Below are positions 1 to 10,400 of a stretch of DNA of 64,000 nt, in pieces; positions within the stretch are counted from its first letter, which is position 1; every line of letters begins with the position of its first letter. Origin of the DNA: Candidatus Nomurabacteria bacterium. Lineage in GTDB: Bacteria; Patescibacteriota; Minisyncoccia; Phycocordibacterales; UBA5272. Position numbers and translations under genes: made by a program. The notes under the pieces were generated by a model. It had not been told where the DNA came from. It searched no databases and worked only from the letters and a program-made list of their open reading frames with translations. Where the stretch lies: contig JBEIQD010000002.1 of NCBI GenBank assembly GCA_040376695.1, forward strand, positions 114,436-178,435. The letters are read 5' to 3'.

Positions 1-92
1 TATTTCCGTTAGGAAGAGATTTCATCTCTGGGTCACGGGTTAGGTTTCCAAATAAAAATGCTTTATTGAGGTACATAGAATAAGTTTACTCC

Positions 93-605
93 TTATTTTG
101 TCTCCTCGCTAGGCACTGATTCTACCTTTGTTTCCTCTACTTCCTTTGGAGCTTCTGTTGCAACAACGTCTGCATCCTTTGTTGTATCGATGTTTACATC
201 ATCTTCGTTATTAACGAGAGATTCTGCTTTAACAACTGGTGCACGCTTTGTGTATACAGTGTTATCACGAACAGTCTTTACAACGATGTAGCGAACAACT
301 TCTTCATCAAGCTTGATAGCCTTTTCGAAGTCCTTGATCTTGGCTCCATCAAGTTCAAACTTGATCCATCCGAAGTATCCTTCATTAAAACGAACGTTCA
401 CATTGTTAACAACGCGAATCATTTCATAAGCGAGCTCCCGCATGTACGGGGTCTCCTCAGAAATGAAGCTACCACCTAGGGTAGCAATAGACTGCTTGAG
501 TGCGTTACTCTTTTCAAGCGCCGTGCCCTCATCTAGTTTGTTATCAAAGATGAAAGATATTTCATATACACGACTGTCTACTGTGGTTTCATTAATTTCT
601 GTCAT
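93..605 (-). CDS. rpsF: 30S ribosomal protein S6 with acidic C-terminal tail
   Basis: 170 aa. The N-terminal ~100 aa match the S6 pattern (RVYEISFIF...RELAYEM...GYFGWIKFE), followed by a Glu/Asp/Thr/Val-rich tail. Confidence 0.75.
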   Translation of the reverse strand: MTEINETTVDSRVYEISFIFDNKLDEGTALEKSNALKQSIATLGGSFISEETPYMRELAYEMIRVVNNVNVRFNEGYFGWIKFELDGAKIKDFEKAIKLDEEVVRYIVVKTVRDNTVYTKRAPVVKAESLVNNEDDVNIDTTKDADVVATEAPKEVEETKVESVPSEETK

Positions 606-631
606 AGTGCTGTATTATAACACGATTTCAG

Positions 632-662
632 ACAAAAAGAAAGACCCCACCTGCGTGGGGTC
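632..662 (-). terminator. rho-independent terminator downstream of ORF 663..923
   Basis: On the minus strand, the hairpin agaccccac-gcag-gtggggtct is followed by ttctttttg. Confidence 0.65.
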
Positions 663-923
663 TTACCGATAGTGCATGTACTGATGAATCAGCCTGCCTG
701 ATGGTTCTTTCAGAATCAGCGTGATTTTTGGGTTTTTATTCCCTGTCACCGTAAAGCGGACGAGAGCACGGTTTGCTCCCATCAGAACCTTTGCATGGTC
801 GCTTGTTGCGGCGACGACAAATTTTCTTTTTGCCACCCAAAAGCTGAAGCTTTGGTCTTTGTTGTCGACTGGCCCTTTTACGAAGCCTGCGACACAGCTT
901 TCATTGTTTTCTGGCTCTGCCAT
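663..923 (-). CDS. hypothetical protein (86 aa)
   Basis: Compact ORF between rpsF and a TatD gene, with its own terminator. No family recognised. Confidence 0.35.
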   Translation of the reverse strand: MAEPENNESCVAGFVKGPVDNKDQSFSFWVAKRKFVVAATSDHAKVLMGANRALVRFTVTGNKNPKITLILKEPSGRLIHQYMHYR

Positions 924-976
924 GTCACACCTCCTTTCAAGGTTATTACAACTGACCCTATCCTGCTCTTTTAGAC

Positions 977-1807
977 TTAGTTTGTCAAACCAAATACCCG
1001 TATGGCATTTTTCACCAACTGCACTCTCACCGCTTCTTTGCTTAGTCCTTTTATGTCTGCAATCTTCTCATAAATATGTTCAACATAGAGCGGAGTGTTC
1101 CTCTTTCCGCGATGAGGCGTTGGTGTTGCATACGGACTATCCGTTTCAGCATGCATCATATCAAGTGGAATAGTGCGGACCAATTCTTCGTACATTTTTG
1201 CAAACGTAATCACACCTGAAAAAGAAACAGTGAAGCCCAGATCATTAAACTGCTGCGCGATATTCATATCCCCCACAAAAAAGTGAGCATTACCTCGGAC
1301 TTTGTTTCCTAGTCGCGTGTGAGCATTTTTAAGAATGAAAAGCATATCCTCATATGCGTCCATCCCAACATCTGGTCTTCCGTGAAGCATCAGAGGCTTA
1401 TCACATTCGGCCGCTAATTCTATTTGCTCCATGAAAAGAGTATGCTGCCTATCAATTTCAGCGTCTTTGTTTCCCTCAAATTTTTGAATATGAAAATAAT
1501 CCAGCCCACACTCACCGAGAGCTACAACTTTTGGATGCATGAGTAGTGCCTTGTAAGCATCTCGATCAAACACTTCTGTGCGATTATCGACTGGATGCAT
1601 TCCCACAGTTGCCCACACATGAGAATATTTCTCGGCGGTCTCTATCGCTTTTTTACTTTCCACCATATCTGTCCCTACCGTAATTGTTGCAAATCCTTTC
1701 TCTTCCATTTCTAAAATAACGACATCTCGATCTTCATCAAAAGCTTTATCATGAACATGTGAATGGACGTCAATAAAATTATGCATATGCTTCTTTAAGG
1801 ATATCAT
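977..1807 (-). CDS. TatD-family metal-dependent hydrolase/DNase
   Basis: 276 aa with the TatD motifs IDVHSHV, GECGLDY, and histidine/aspartate metal ligands spread through the sequence. Confidence 0.85.
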   Translation of the reverse strand: MISLKKHMHNFIDVHSHVHDKAFDEDRDVVILEMEEKGFATITVGTDMVESKKAIETAEKYSHVWATVGMHPVDNRTEVFDRDAYKALLMHPKVVALGECGLDYFHIQKFEGNKDAEIDRQHTLFMEQIELAAECDKPLMLHGRPDVGMDAYEDMLFILKNAHTRLGNKVRGNAHFFVGDMNIAQQFNDLGFTVSFSGVITFAKMYEELVRTIPLDMMHAETDSPYATPTPHRGKRNTPLYVEHIYEKIADIKGLSKEAVRVQLVKNAIRVFGLTN

Positions 1808-2387
1808 CTGTTAGTTGCGTTAATATTTCTATTATTTCAGGAAACTTATTCCCATACTTATCCCCTAACGATTTAGTTTGATTCCCATAATGAGATAGCG
1901 TCTCTTCACGTGTCTTACCTTCCTTTTTCAAATATGCTCCCTCATTCATTCGATGAGTAAGTTTTGTCATTACCTTATCAACCACTTTCACAAACTGTGC
2001 TTCATCTGTTTGCAGTGATTCATATTCTTCTATAGTTGTTGGAATCCATGGGTACACATCATTAAATTCTGACCGTATCCTTACAAGAGCTTCTTCCTCA
2101 CGCTTTTCTTTTTCAACCCTTCCAGTATCACTTAAATTGAATGTGTTCGTATCTCCTGCGTAGGCTTCAACCAAATCATGAATGATTGCGAACTGAGCAA
2201 CTTTTCCAATATCAAGATTCGGATATAATTTTGAAGCCAGAGAACACGCACAGATAGACAACATAACCGTGTGATCAGTATCAGATTCTGGAGTTATTCC
2301 ATCTTCATATAACGTTACGCGCTTTACTCGTGCAAAAGAGAATACTAGTTTGCCGATATCTATTAACCCTTGTTTGTTTGAGTTCAT
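1779..2387 (-). CDS. HD-domain phosphohydrolase (YfbR-like 5'-deoxynucleotidase family)
   Basis: HD motif HDLVEAYAGD. The start was moved to the internal Met (MNSNKQ...), because the longer ORF overlaps metG. Confidence 0.65.
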   Translation of the reverse strand: MNSNKQGLIDIGKLVFSFARVKRVTLYEDGITPESDTDHTVMLSICACSLASKLYPNLDIGKVAQFAIIHDLVEAYAGDTNTFNLSDTGRVEKEKREEEALVRIRSEFNDVYPWIPTTIEEYESLQTDEAQFVKVVDKVMTKLTHRMNEGAYLKKEGKTREETLSHYGNQTKSLGDKYGNKFPEIIEILTQLTDDILKEAYA

Positions 2388-2388
2388 A

Positions 2389-3837
2389 TTAAGGAAGACG
2401 TGCGAAGAGAGGTTTCTCTGGCATCTTATTTTCACGGATACAAGAAAGCATAACCGCCCCAGTATTTGGTATATGTACTTCCAATCTTTGTGCCAAAGCA
2501 AGAAGTCCGTGTAGACAGAATATAATCATTTCTTTTCCTTTTTCTCCATCAACTTTTATAACCTTAAATGGTTCATTTGTGGCTATATACTCGTCCAGCG
2601 CTCTCATGCTTTCCATACACTGCTTAATATCCATATTTGTATCGAAGTTTTCTAAACCACTCTCTGTTTTTGGTGTAACTTTTTCAAAAGAAATCTGAAC
2701 ATTATTACCTGTTGCCATCTTCATGATACGACTTGTAAGATTTCCAACGCCGTTTGCAAGGTAGGCTGTGTATGCTGTTTTGATTGAATCAATAGTAATG
2801 TCACCATCTTCAAACGATGGAACTTCATGAAGTAGAATAAATCGAAGCACATCTTCTGGATAATCAGTCACATCTTTAAACATATCAATCACATCAAATG
2901 GATTAATAACGTTTCCAATAGACTTACTCATCTTCTGTCCACCTGAAATAATAAATCCGTTAATGATGATATGTGATGTAGTAGGAAGCCCAGACGCTAA
3001 AAGCATTGCCTGCCAAATAGCTGATTGCTGACGAAGGTTATCCTTACCACAATACTGTACTGGTGTGCCCTCTTTCCAGTAACTAAAATCCCCCGCTTCA
3101 TCTGGCCACTGAAGTGTTGAAATATAACTGGTCAGCGCGTCAAACCAAACATACATCACATGATCATCATCTCCCGGTACTGGAACACCCCATGACATTT
3201 TGCTCTTCAAACGAGAAATAGAAAAATCTTCTAGTCCTCGATCAAGAAAAGCTTTTATTTCATTAAATCTAAAATCAGGTATTACGAGTGTTGGATTATC
3301 TTCGTATAACTTCTTAAGTGCTGGAGCAATTTTTGAAAAAGCAAAGAAATAGTTTTCTTCCTTGATAATTTCCACTTCACGATTTGGGTGTATCGGACAT
3401 TTACCATCAACAAGTTCACTGTCAGTTTTATATAACTCACAACCAACACAATACGTTGCTTCATACTCTTTCTTGTAAATATATCCGTTCGCATCGCATC
3501 GTCTCCACATTTCTTGCGCAGCTTGTATATGCACCTCATCCGTTGTACGAATGTGATGAATATCATCTGTAATCCCAAGCTTTGGAAATAGTTCATTAAA
3601 ACGTGCCGCGTTTTTATCAACATACTCCTGCACTGGAAGCCCCTCTTTTGCTGCACCCTCTAAAATCTTCGTGCCATGCTCATCAGTGCCTGTGTTAAAA
3701 AACACATCATATCCCAAAGATTTCTTGTAACGCGCAATAACGTCAGCTCGCACAAATTCAAGTGCGTGTCCTAAATGAGGTTCAGCGTTTACGTACGGGA
3801 GCGTTGTTGTAATGTAGAAAGGTTTCTTGTCACTCAT
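2389..3837 (-). CDS. metG: methionyl-tRNA synthetase (short form, no C-terminal tRNA-binding domain)
   Basis: 482 aa with a HIGH-type motif PYVNAEPHLGHALE and KMSKS. It ends just after the anticodon-binding domain. Confidence 0.9.
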   Translation of the reverse strand: MSDKKPFYITTTLPYVNAEPHLGHALEFVRADVIARYKKSLGYDVFFNTGTDEHGTKILEGAAKEGLPVQEYVDKNAARFNELFPKLGITDDIHHIRTTDEVHIQAAQEMWRRCDANGYIYKKEYEATYCVGCELYKTDSELVDGKCPIHPNREVEIIKEENYFFAFSKIAPALKKLYEDNPTLVIPDFRFNEIKAFLDRGLEDFSISRLKSKMSWGVPVPGDDDHVMYVWFDALTSYISTLQWPDEAGDFSYWKEGTPVQYCGKDNLRQQSAIWQAMLLASGLPTTSHIIINGFIISGGQKMSKSIGNVINPFDVIDMFKDVTDYPEDVLRFILLHEVPSFEDGDITIDSIKTAYTAYLANGVGNLTSRIMKMATGNNVQISFEKVTPKTESGLENFDTNMDIKQCMESMRALDEYIATNEPFKVIKVDGEKGKEMIIFCLHGLLALAQRLEVHIPNTGAVMLSCIRENKMPEKPLFARLP

Positions 3838-3847
3838 AGAATAGCTC

Positions 3848-4897
3848 TTAACCGAGTGGTTCTTGTTTTCTTTTATTATGATCTGAAGCTAACTCCATAA
3901 AAATAGCAGCAAGAGGAACTGAAAGGATTACTCCCCAGATACCAGCAAACTTTGCTCCTATGACAAGCGCAATAATAACAATCACCGATGGAACGCCCAC
4001 CATTTTGTTCATCACACGAGGATAGAGAACATGATTCTCTAATTGAGAAATAATGAAATAAATAAGCGCGACGATTCCAAGTAATGGAAGGCCTCCGTGA
4101 GCCCAGGCAATGAAGAGAGCAGGGATAGTAGCAAATGTTAGCCCGACCATTGGAACAAGCTCACCGCCAAAGGCAAGCACTCCAAGGAGTGCAGCATACG
4201 GCATACCGAGAATGAGCATCGGAATATACACAAGAAGTGCAACAAGGAGCGATAGAAGAAGTTGTCCCTGCATCCAAAGTCCAATCTTTTGCTGCGAACG
4301 CATCCAAAGATCTTCTACATATTTCTCATTTGCCTTGGGCACAATGAGCGAGAGAAACTTTTGAACACCACGTTCTTCGAGCGCTAGATAAAATGCAAGA
4401 ACAAACGTAAGGAGAAGGTTCACAACTCCACCAATCACTGCAGCTGAGGTTGCAAAAATTCCCGTTGTTCCAACAAGTGTATTCTTAAGAATTGTAAGAA
4501 TCTGACCCTTATCAATAGTTCGTGAAAGCTCCTGAACAGCAAGTGAGAGGTCGCGGAATCCCATATCGCTACCGAAAATAGTAATTGAATTAAGAAGCTG
4601 TGGGAGCGTTTGAACGAAGCGCGCAATGTCGTCTGCAAGTGGCGGAATAAAGATAAGAGCAATTGAAGCAATAATCGCAATGAACGTAAGGAAAAGAAGT
4701 GAAACAGAAATACCGCGCGACAATCCCCACTTCATCATTGTCTTTACCGGCATTTCTGCGGCAGAGGCAAGCACAACCGCAACAAGAAGCGCTATAACGA
4801 AATCACGAACATAAAATAATGCCGCAAATATAGCAATCCATAAAATAAATTTAATAATTGTTCCCGATGTAATTGTTACCCTCATAGATTCTTTCAT
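3848..4897 (-). CDS. AI-2E family transporter (PerM/YhhT-like membrane protein)
   Basis: 349 aa, about 8 predicted TM helices, with the length and hydrophobicity pattern typical of the AI-2E family. Confidence 0.55.
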   Translation of the reverse strand: MKESMRVTITSGTIIKFILWIAIFAALFYVRDFVIALLVAVVLASAAEMPVKTMMKWGLSRGISVSLLFLTFIAIIASIALIFIPPLADDIARFVQTLPQLLNSITIFGSDMGFRDLSLAVQELSRTIDKGQILTILKNTLVGTTGIFATSAAVIGGVVNLLLTFVLAFYLALEERGVQKFLSLIVPKANEKYVEDLWMRSQQKIGLWMQGQLLLSLLVALLVYIPMLILGMPYAALLGVLAFGGELVPMVGLTFATIPALFIAWAHGGLPLLGIVALIYFIISQLENHVLYPRVMNKMVGVPSVIVIIALVIGAKFAGIWGVILSVPLAAIFMELASDHNKRKQEPLG

Positions 4898-4940
4898 ATC
4901 TGTATCCTAACATAGCACGACACCCTTTGCCACGCAGCTT

Positions 4941-6806
4941 TTATCTGTCAACCACTTTAGAAGGGTCGACATTCCAGGTTTCTCCTGAAATAAACGTAGT
5001 AAGTGGAGAAATCGTAGTGCGGATGTGGGCGCGAGATTCAACCTCATCAGCATCAAGAACAATACCCCCTGTTATGCTTGGACTTGTATTAACATGAACC
5101 TGGGAAGGACGTACAGAAAGACCTATATCAGTTGCAGTGGACTTACTTGCTTCAAGGTTTCCAACATTCCAAGTTACCGTACGCGTCTTTGCATCATATG
5201 ATGTTTTAACAGAATCTGTTGTAACATTTCTCCACGAAACATATGCCGGTAAAACGAATGATACTTTTGTATTCGTAAGGGCATTTTGAGCTGACACAGC
5301 GAGATGAATAGTGTATGTCGTATCAACATTTGGCTCTGGTGGAATTGGACCTGTATTTTGGAATGGTGAATTCTTATACTGTGTTGTTGCAGAAACACTT
5401 GCACTACCCTGCACCGTAAATGTTTTAGATAAAGTAGCAACCACGTCATTAACTTCCTTAGACGTTCCTTTCCCCGTGACAGTGAGTATAAGCTTTGGTG
5501 AATTTGATCCCTTGTTCACTATTGGAATAGTAACTAGGAGCGTTCCTTCAGAATTAGGTGCCAATGTACCCAACTCTTCCATCGTAGCTCGACTCCATGT
5601 AATGGTGCCTGTTGTAGAATCGTAATATCCTCTGTCTCCGCTCACCTCTTTAATTACCGCAGCTGTACCGTCAATCTTTAACGTAATCTCATTGTTTAAA
5701 AGTGGTGAGGCGCTTCCATTTTTATAACGAATAGAAAGAAGTGCTCGATCACCGTAGCGAACATTTTCTCCATTGCCCCGTTCTGTATCAAGTGTCATGG
5801 ATAGAGAAAGCGGAGATGTGCGTAGTTGTATATCAAATGTTTCAGAAGAATACACCACACCGACGTCAGTAAGAGATCCTCCAACTGAGCCGATGAGCGC
5901 TTTCATGGTTGCCGTTTCTCCTTGGCTTCCAGTAAGAGAACCAATAAGTGTTACTACCTCTGATGCTCCGGCTTCGAGTGGTTTAATTTGCCACAGTGTT
6001 CCGCGAGTGCTTGATTTTGGGTTAGTGCTTTCAATTTGAAAATTAGTAGGAAGAGTCGCTAAAAGCAAACTTGCCGCGGTTGTTGTTCCTGTATTATTTT
6101 TTACCGTAAACGTAAATGTTCCGACTTGTCCCACAGATAAAACAGTTGGACCTTCTATATTAACTGAAATTGGTGGACTTTTAAGAACTACTTGAGTTAC
6201 ACCCACTTTACTAAACTTTGCATTAGACCCTTTTACTTTGTACTCCAATTTAACTGTTATATCGCGCGCCTCCCCTTCGCTACCAAAAAGAGTCACCTCG
6301 AAATCACTCCTCTTGAAATCCCCTGGATTAACAATTCCTAGCTCTTTCTTTACTTGCACCTTCTCTTGTTCATCTTGAGCTCCTGTTCCCTGTTTATACA
6401 TAAGTGTAAGCGAGGCTTCAGTAAGAGCTACTTCGTTTCTGTTTTGGAGACTTACAATAAACGGCGTACCGACTCCGCCTTCAATGTACGGAGTAACGTC
6501 GAGCGTCATGTCGATATTTTTATCAGATACAACATTTCGAGATGAAAGAACTCGCCATGCAGTAAATGAAAGAACGGCAATTAGAAGGAGTATCGCTCCA
6601 ATGAGAAATTTTGCACCGAAAGATAGCCCTGTTTGATCTTTCGATTCTCGTATAATAGGCGTATCTTCGCCCCACGAAGTAGGCAACAGTTTTTCTTTTC
6701 TGTCGCGCACGTGATGCATTGCAGTATTATCTATTTTCCCTTTTGGATCATAGAGTGTCTGCTCGAGTGTCTCCAGAGCAGATTGTTCATTGTCAGGTCT
6801 TTCCAT
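4941..6806 (-). CDS. membrane-anchored surface protein with repeated beta-rich (DUF11/CARDB-like) domains
   Basis: 621 aa: a short cytoplasmic N-terminus, a single TM (~aa 63-83), then a Thr/Ser/Val-rich extracellular region with repeated V.L.V.N.G motifs. Confidence 0.45.
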   Translation of the reverse strand: MERPDNEQSALETLEQTLYDPKGKIDNTAMHHVRDRKEKLLPTSWGEDTPIIRESKDQTGLSFGAKFLIGAILLLIAVLSFTAWRVLSSRNVVSDKNIDMTLDVTPYIEGGVGTPFIVSLQNRNEVALTEASLTLMYKQGTGAQDEQEKVQVKKELGIVNPGDFKRSDFEVTLFGSEGEARDITVKLEYKVKGSNAKFSKVGVTQVVLKSPPISVNIEGPTVLSVGQVGTFTFTVKNNTGTTTAASLLLATLPTNFQIESTNPKSSTRGTLWQIKPLEAGASEVVTLIGSLTGSQGETATMKALIGSVGGSLTDVGVVYSSETFDIQLRTSPLSLSMTLDTERGNGENVRYGDRALLSIRYKNGSASPLLNNEITLKIDGTAAVIKEVSGDRGYYDSTTGTITWSRATMEELGTLAPNSEGTLLVTIPIVNKGSNSPKLILTVTGKGTSKEVNDVVATLSKTFTVQGSASVSATTQYKNSPFQNTGPIPPEPNVDTTYTIHLAVSAQNALTNTKVSFVLPAYVSWRNVTTDSVKTSYDAKTRTVTWNVGNLEASKSTATDIGLSVRPSQVHVNTSPSITGGIVLDADEVESRAHIRTTISPLTTFISGETWNVDPSKVVDR

Positions 6807-6855
6807 GCTACACAGTATACCAGTAAAAATACTTCAATATTTTAAATAGCCCCTT

Positions 6856-7410
6856 CTAGAGTTGCGTTTCTTTTAATACTTCATGTACATGCGCACGAAC
6901 CTGCGCATAAGAAAGAAGAAGATGGGTATATAAATCTCCAACATTCCAACCTATATACTCTTTGATGTCTTTTGCTCCAATTACTTTTGCATCAGCATAC
7001 CCAAGTTCAACAAGTACAATATAGTGTACCAATAGTCGCGCTTTTTGCTTATCAAACGTTGAAGCTTCACCAAGAAATTGAATCAATCTATCATAGAGAG
7101 CTTTATGCGCACCCTCACCTCGAATGAATCGTTTAATAAGATGTGTTACTTCTTGCAACATTTCACCTAAGCTTTCTGCCTCTTCTGCTCCCGTTAATCT
7201 CCACACTTCGCGGCCTTGTACAAGTGTAATAAGCGCAACAGATCGTGGGGTAATATGCGCTCGTAATTTACTTTCTAATTTACGAACACTTTTTGCGTGA
7301 ACCATCAGCAACCCAAACTCTCTAGTAAATACTTTATATACCCTATCATGCTCACCCTGATCAAAGGATTCTATTACAATTGCTTTTGTGGTGTATTTTT
7401 CAATAGCCAT
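6856..7410 (-). CDS. recO: DNA repair protein RecO (short form, OB-fold only)
   Basis: The N-terminus matches the RecO OB fold (KAIVIESFDQGEHDRVYKVFTREFG...VWRLTGAE). No C-terminal zinc finger. Confidence 0.7.
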   Translation of the reverse strand: MAIEKYTTKAIVIESFDQGEHDRVYKVFTREFGLLMVHAKSVRKLESKLRAHITPRSVALITLVQGREVWRLTGAEEAESLGEMLQEVTHLIKRFIRGEGAHKALYDRLIQFLGEASTFDKQKARLLVHYIVLVELGYADAKVIGAKDIKEYIGWNVGDLYTHLLLSYAQVRAHVHEVLKETQL

Positions 7411-10400
7411 TTATCGGATATCGAAGGCGATAGTGCCAGTCGATGTTTCTGCTGTGTATGTTCCACTTCCCTTTTCTACCGAACTAATTCGACATGTGTT
7501 CATAAGAAGAACCTTAAACTGTTCTGGGATCATGTACTCTGTGTTAAGAACAATTGAATCCTTTGGTGTAAGCCCCTTATCTTTACGAGCATCCTGAACT
7601 GCACGCATAAGATTACGAACATCTCCTTCTGCTTGGAGTGTGTCCGTTACAGCAGTATCAAGCACACAAACTTCTGTCTGAGTTTCATCAAATGAAATTT
7701 CCTTCACGTTAAGCTCATCAAGGATTGTTGAAACATATTCCTCTCCTATCTTCTCCTTAAGAGTAAGCTTCTGAAGAGGTTGCCTTACAGCAATCTTTGC
7801 TTGTGTACGAAGTGACAGTGCTACCGTCACAAGTTCACGAACCTTTTTCATGGTAACTAATAATTCAGTATCTACTGAGAAACTCTGAGGCCAGACTTCC
7901 AGATGCACGGATTCTTTTTCACCACCAACCACGCTGTACACTCGCTCAGCAACAAATGGCATCACAGGAGCAATTACTTTTGAAAGTGTTAATAGTACGT
8001 ATGTTAGTGTTTCGTAGGCTTGCTTCTTTTCCTCGACACTCACATCTCCCTTAAGGCGATCTCGGCTCCGTCTAACGTACCAAACAGACAAGTCATCAAT
8101 GAGCTGATCAATTGGATATGTTGCCTCATCAAGCATGTAGGTGTCATACCCTTTAGTTACTTTTGCAACAACCTCATGAACTCTTGATATGATCCATCTA
8201 TCTAAAACATTTGTAGAATTTATTGTTGCTTCCATGACACCTTCTCTGTTCATCTCATAAAGTGAGAGAACATTTTCTAGCCGAGATATAACTTTCTTGT
8301 ACACATCCTCCACAGTCTTATCAGTAAATAAAACATTTTCTCCCTTAACCACAGGGCTCGACAGGAGCGCATAACGCATTGCGTCTGCTCCATATTTTTC
8401 TACAAGCTCCATCGGGTCAGTATAGTTTTTATCGCTCTTTGAAAGTTTAAGACCTGATTCCGCCATCACAAGACCGTTCACTATAACGTGCTTATATGGA
8501 GCTTTATCAAACAATCCAACCCCTAAGTTAATAAGCGAGTAGAACCATCCACGTGTTTGGTCTAATCCTTCAGCAATAAATTCGGCTGGATAGTTCTTTT
8601 CAAAGATTTCTTTGTTCTCAAATGGATAGTGAAGTGACGCAAACGGCATAGATCCAGATTCAAACCAACAATCAAAAACATCTCCAATTCGTTTATAGGT
8701 TACTCCATCAATTTCCAGTTCTATTTCATCAATATACGGACGATGAAGATTAACAGCCCCTGTTTCATCTCGCGGAACGAGTTGAGGATGCACAGGCACC
8801 ACATGGGCGTGCGCAGGAGATGTGTCTTCGTGCATCATCATATCCGCAACAATTTCCTCATCAGTACGCAAATGAGCTGCTGCTTCAAGCATCCACACAG
8901 GAGATCCGTGTGTTACAAATAGAATCTTCTTACCTTCGTATTCTTTTTCACAGTCATGCAAGACCTGCATTGTGCGGTTCATAAGATCACGATGAGATTC
9001 CCCTTCTGGTAATTTAGTGTCGAGATCCATGAAATCAGCTCGCTGACGTACATGGAACTCATCAACACTTGTACCTGAAAAGATTCCCGTATCAAACTCA
9101 CGAAGCCGCTTATCAAAAACTGATTCTGCTCCACACATCTCTTTTATAATGCGAGCCGTTTCTTCTGTTCGAAGCAATGGTGAATACACGATAATATCTA
9201 TCCCTTGTTCTTTTGCAAAGTGCCCAGCGTGACGAGCTTGTTCTTTACCAGTTTCAGTAAGGTGGTTGTGTGGGTCACCATAACTATCCAACACTCGATT
9301 AATATTACTCTGCGCTTCACCGTGACGAATAGCAAAATACGTATTCTTTGGTTTATTTTTATTCAGCGCAGCAAGCTCTTTAAGTGAGCCAATGATTTTC
9401 ATATCCCCGGCTTCATTTTTCCACACAGGAAGAGGAGCACCCCAATATCGCGAACGTGATACCGCCCACTCATGAGCACCTTCAAGCCACTTACCAAATC
9501 TTCCATCTCTAATATGTGACGGAGTCCAGCCAATATTTTTATTTTCTGAAAGAAGTTTCTCTTTCATTTTAGGGACATCAACAAACCATGAAGATGTAGC
9601 GTAATTAAGAAGCGGTGTCTTACATCGCCAACATAATGGATATGAGTGAATAATTTTATGCTTCTCAAAAAGTTTTCCGTTATGAGCTAAATACTTAATG
9701 ATCTCAATATCAGCTGACTGTGTGTCATCTTTTTGCTTTACCTTCATTCCAACAAAATCAATCACCTCGGTTGTAAATGTTCCATCCATCTTCACATGCT
9801 TGATAACTGGAATTCTGTGTAACTTTGCAAGATCCATATCCTCTGCCCCAAAAGCTGGGGCTTCATGTGCAACACCTGTTCCAGTATCAAGCGTAATAAA
9901 ATCAGCATGCCAGATTTTCCAGATATTTTCTTTATTATCAATTTCTTTATCTACAAAATACGGGAATACTGGCTTGTATGATTTTCCAACAAGCGTTGAA
10001 CCTAGAAACATATCTTTCACCTCATACTTCATATCTTTCAATACATCTTCTTTTCTTTCATTAGCAAGAATATACATTCCATCCATTCCTTCAATCGACA
10101 CCTTTATATACTGAGCCGTCTCACAAAGTGCGAGCGCTGTGTTTCCAGGAAGTGTCCACGGTGTTGTAGTCCATGCAAGTACATACGTACCTGGCTCATC
10201 CGCTAATTCAAACTTTGCAGTTACAGAAAGATCAGTCACATCATGGTATTCCATTCCTACTTCAGATTGTGCAAGTGTTGTTTCGCAACGCGGACAGATG
10301 TGCATTATTTTATATCCCTCATAAGCAAGTCCCTTTTCATACAAAGTTTTCCATGCCCACCAAATACTTTCCGTATAAGTTGAATCCATTGTCTTATATG

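Noticed and set aside
721-1173. 150-aa plus-strand ORF
   Set aside because: Antisense to the 663..923 ORF and the TatD gene. Cys/Leu/Ser-rich with no motif.
1779-2501. Full-length 240-aa HD-domain ORF overlapping the metG 3' end by 113 nt
   Set aside because: The overlap is removed by starting at the internal Met (2387). The N-terminal 38 residues look non-coding.
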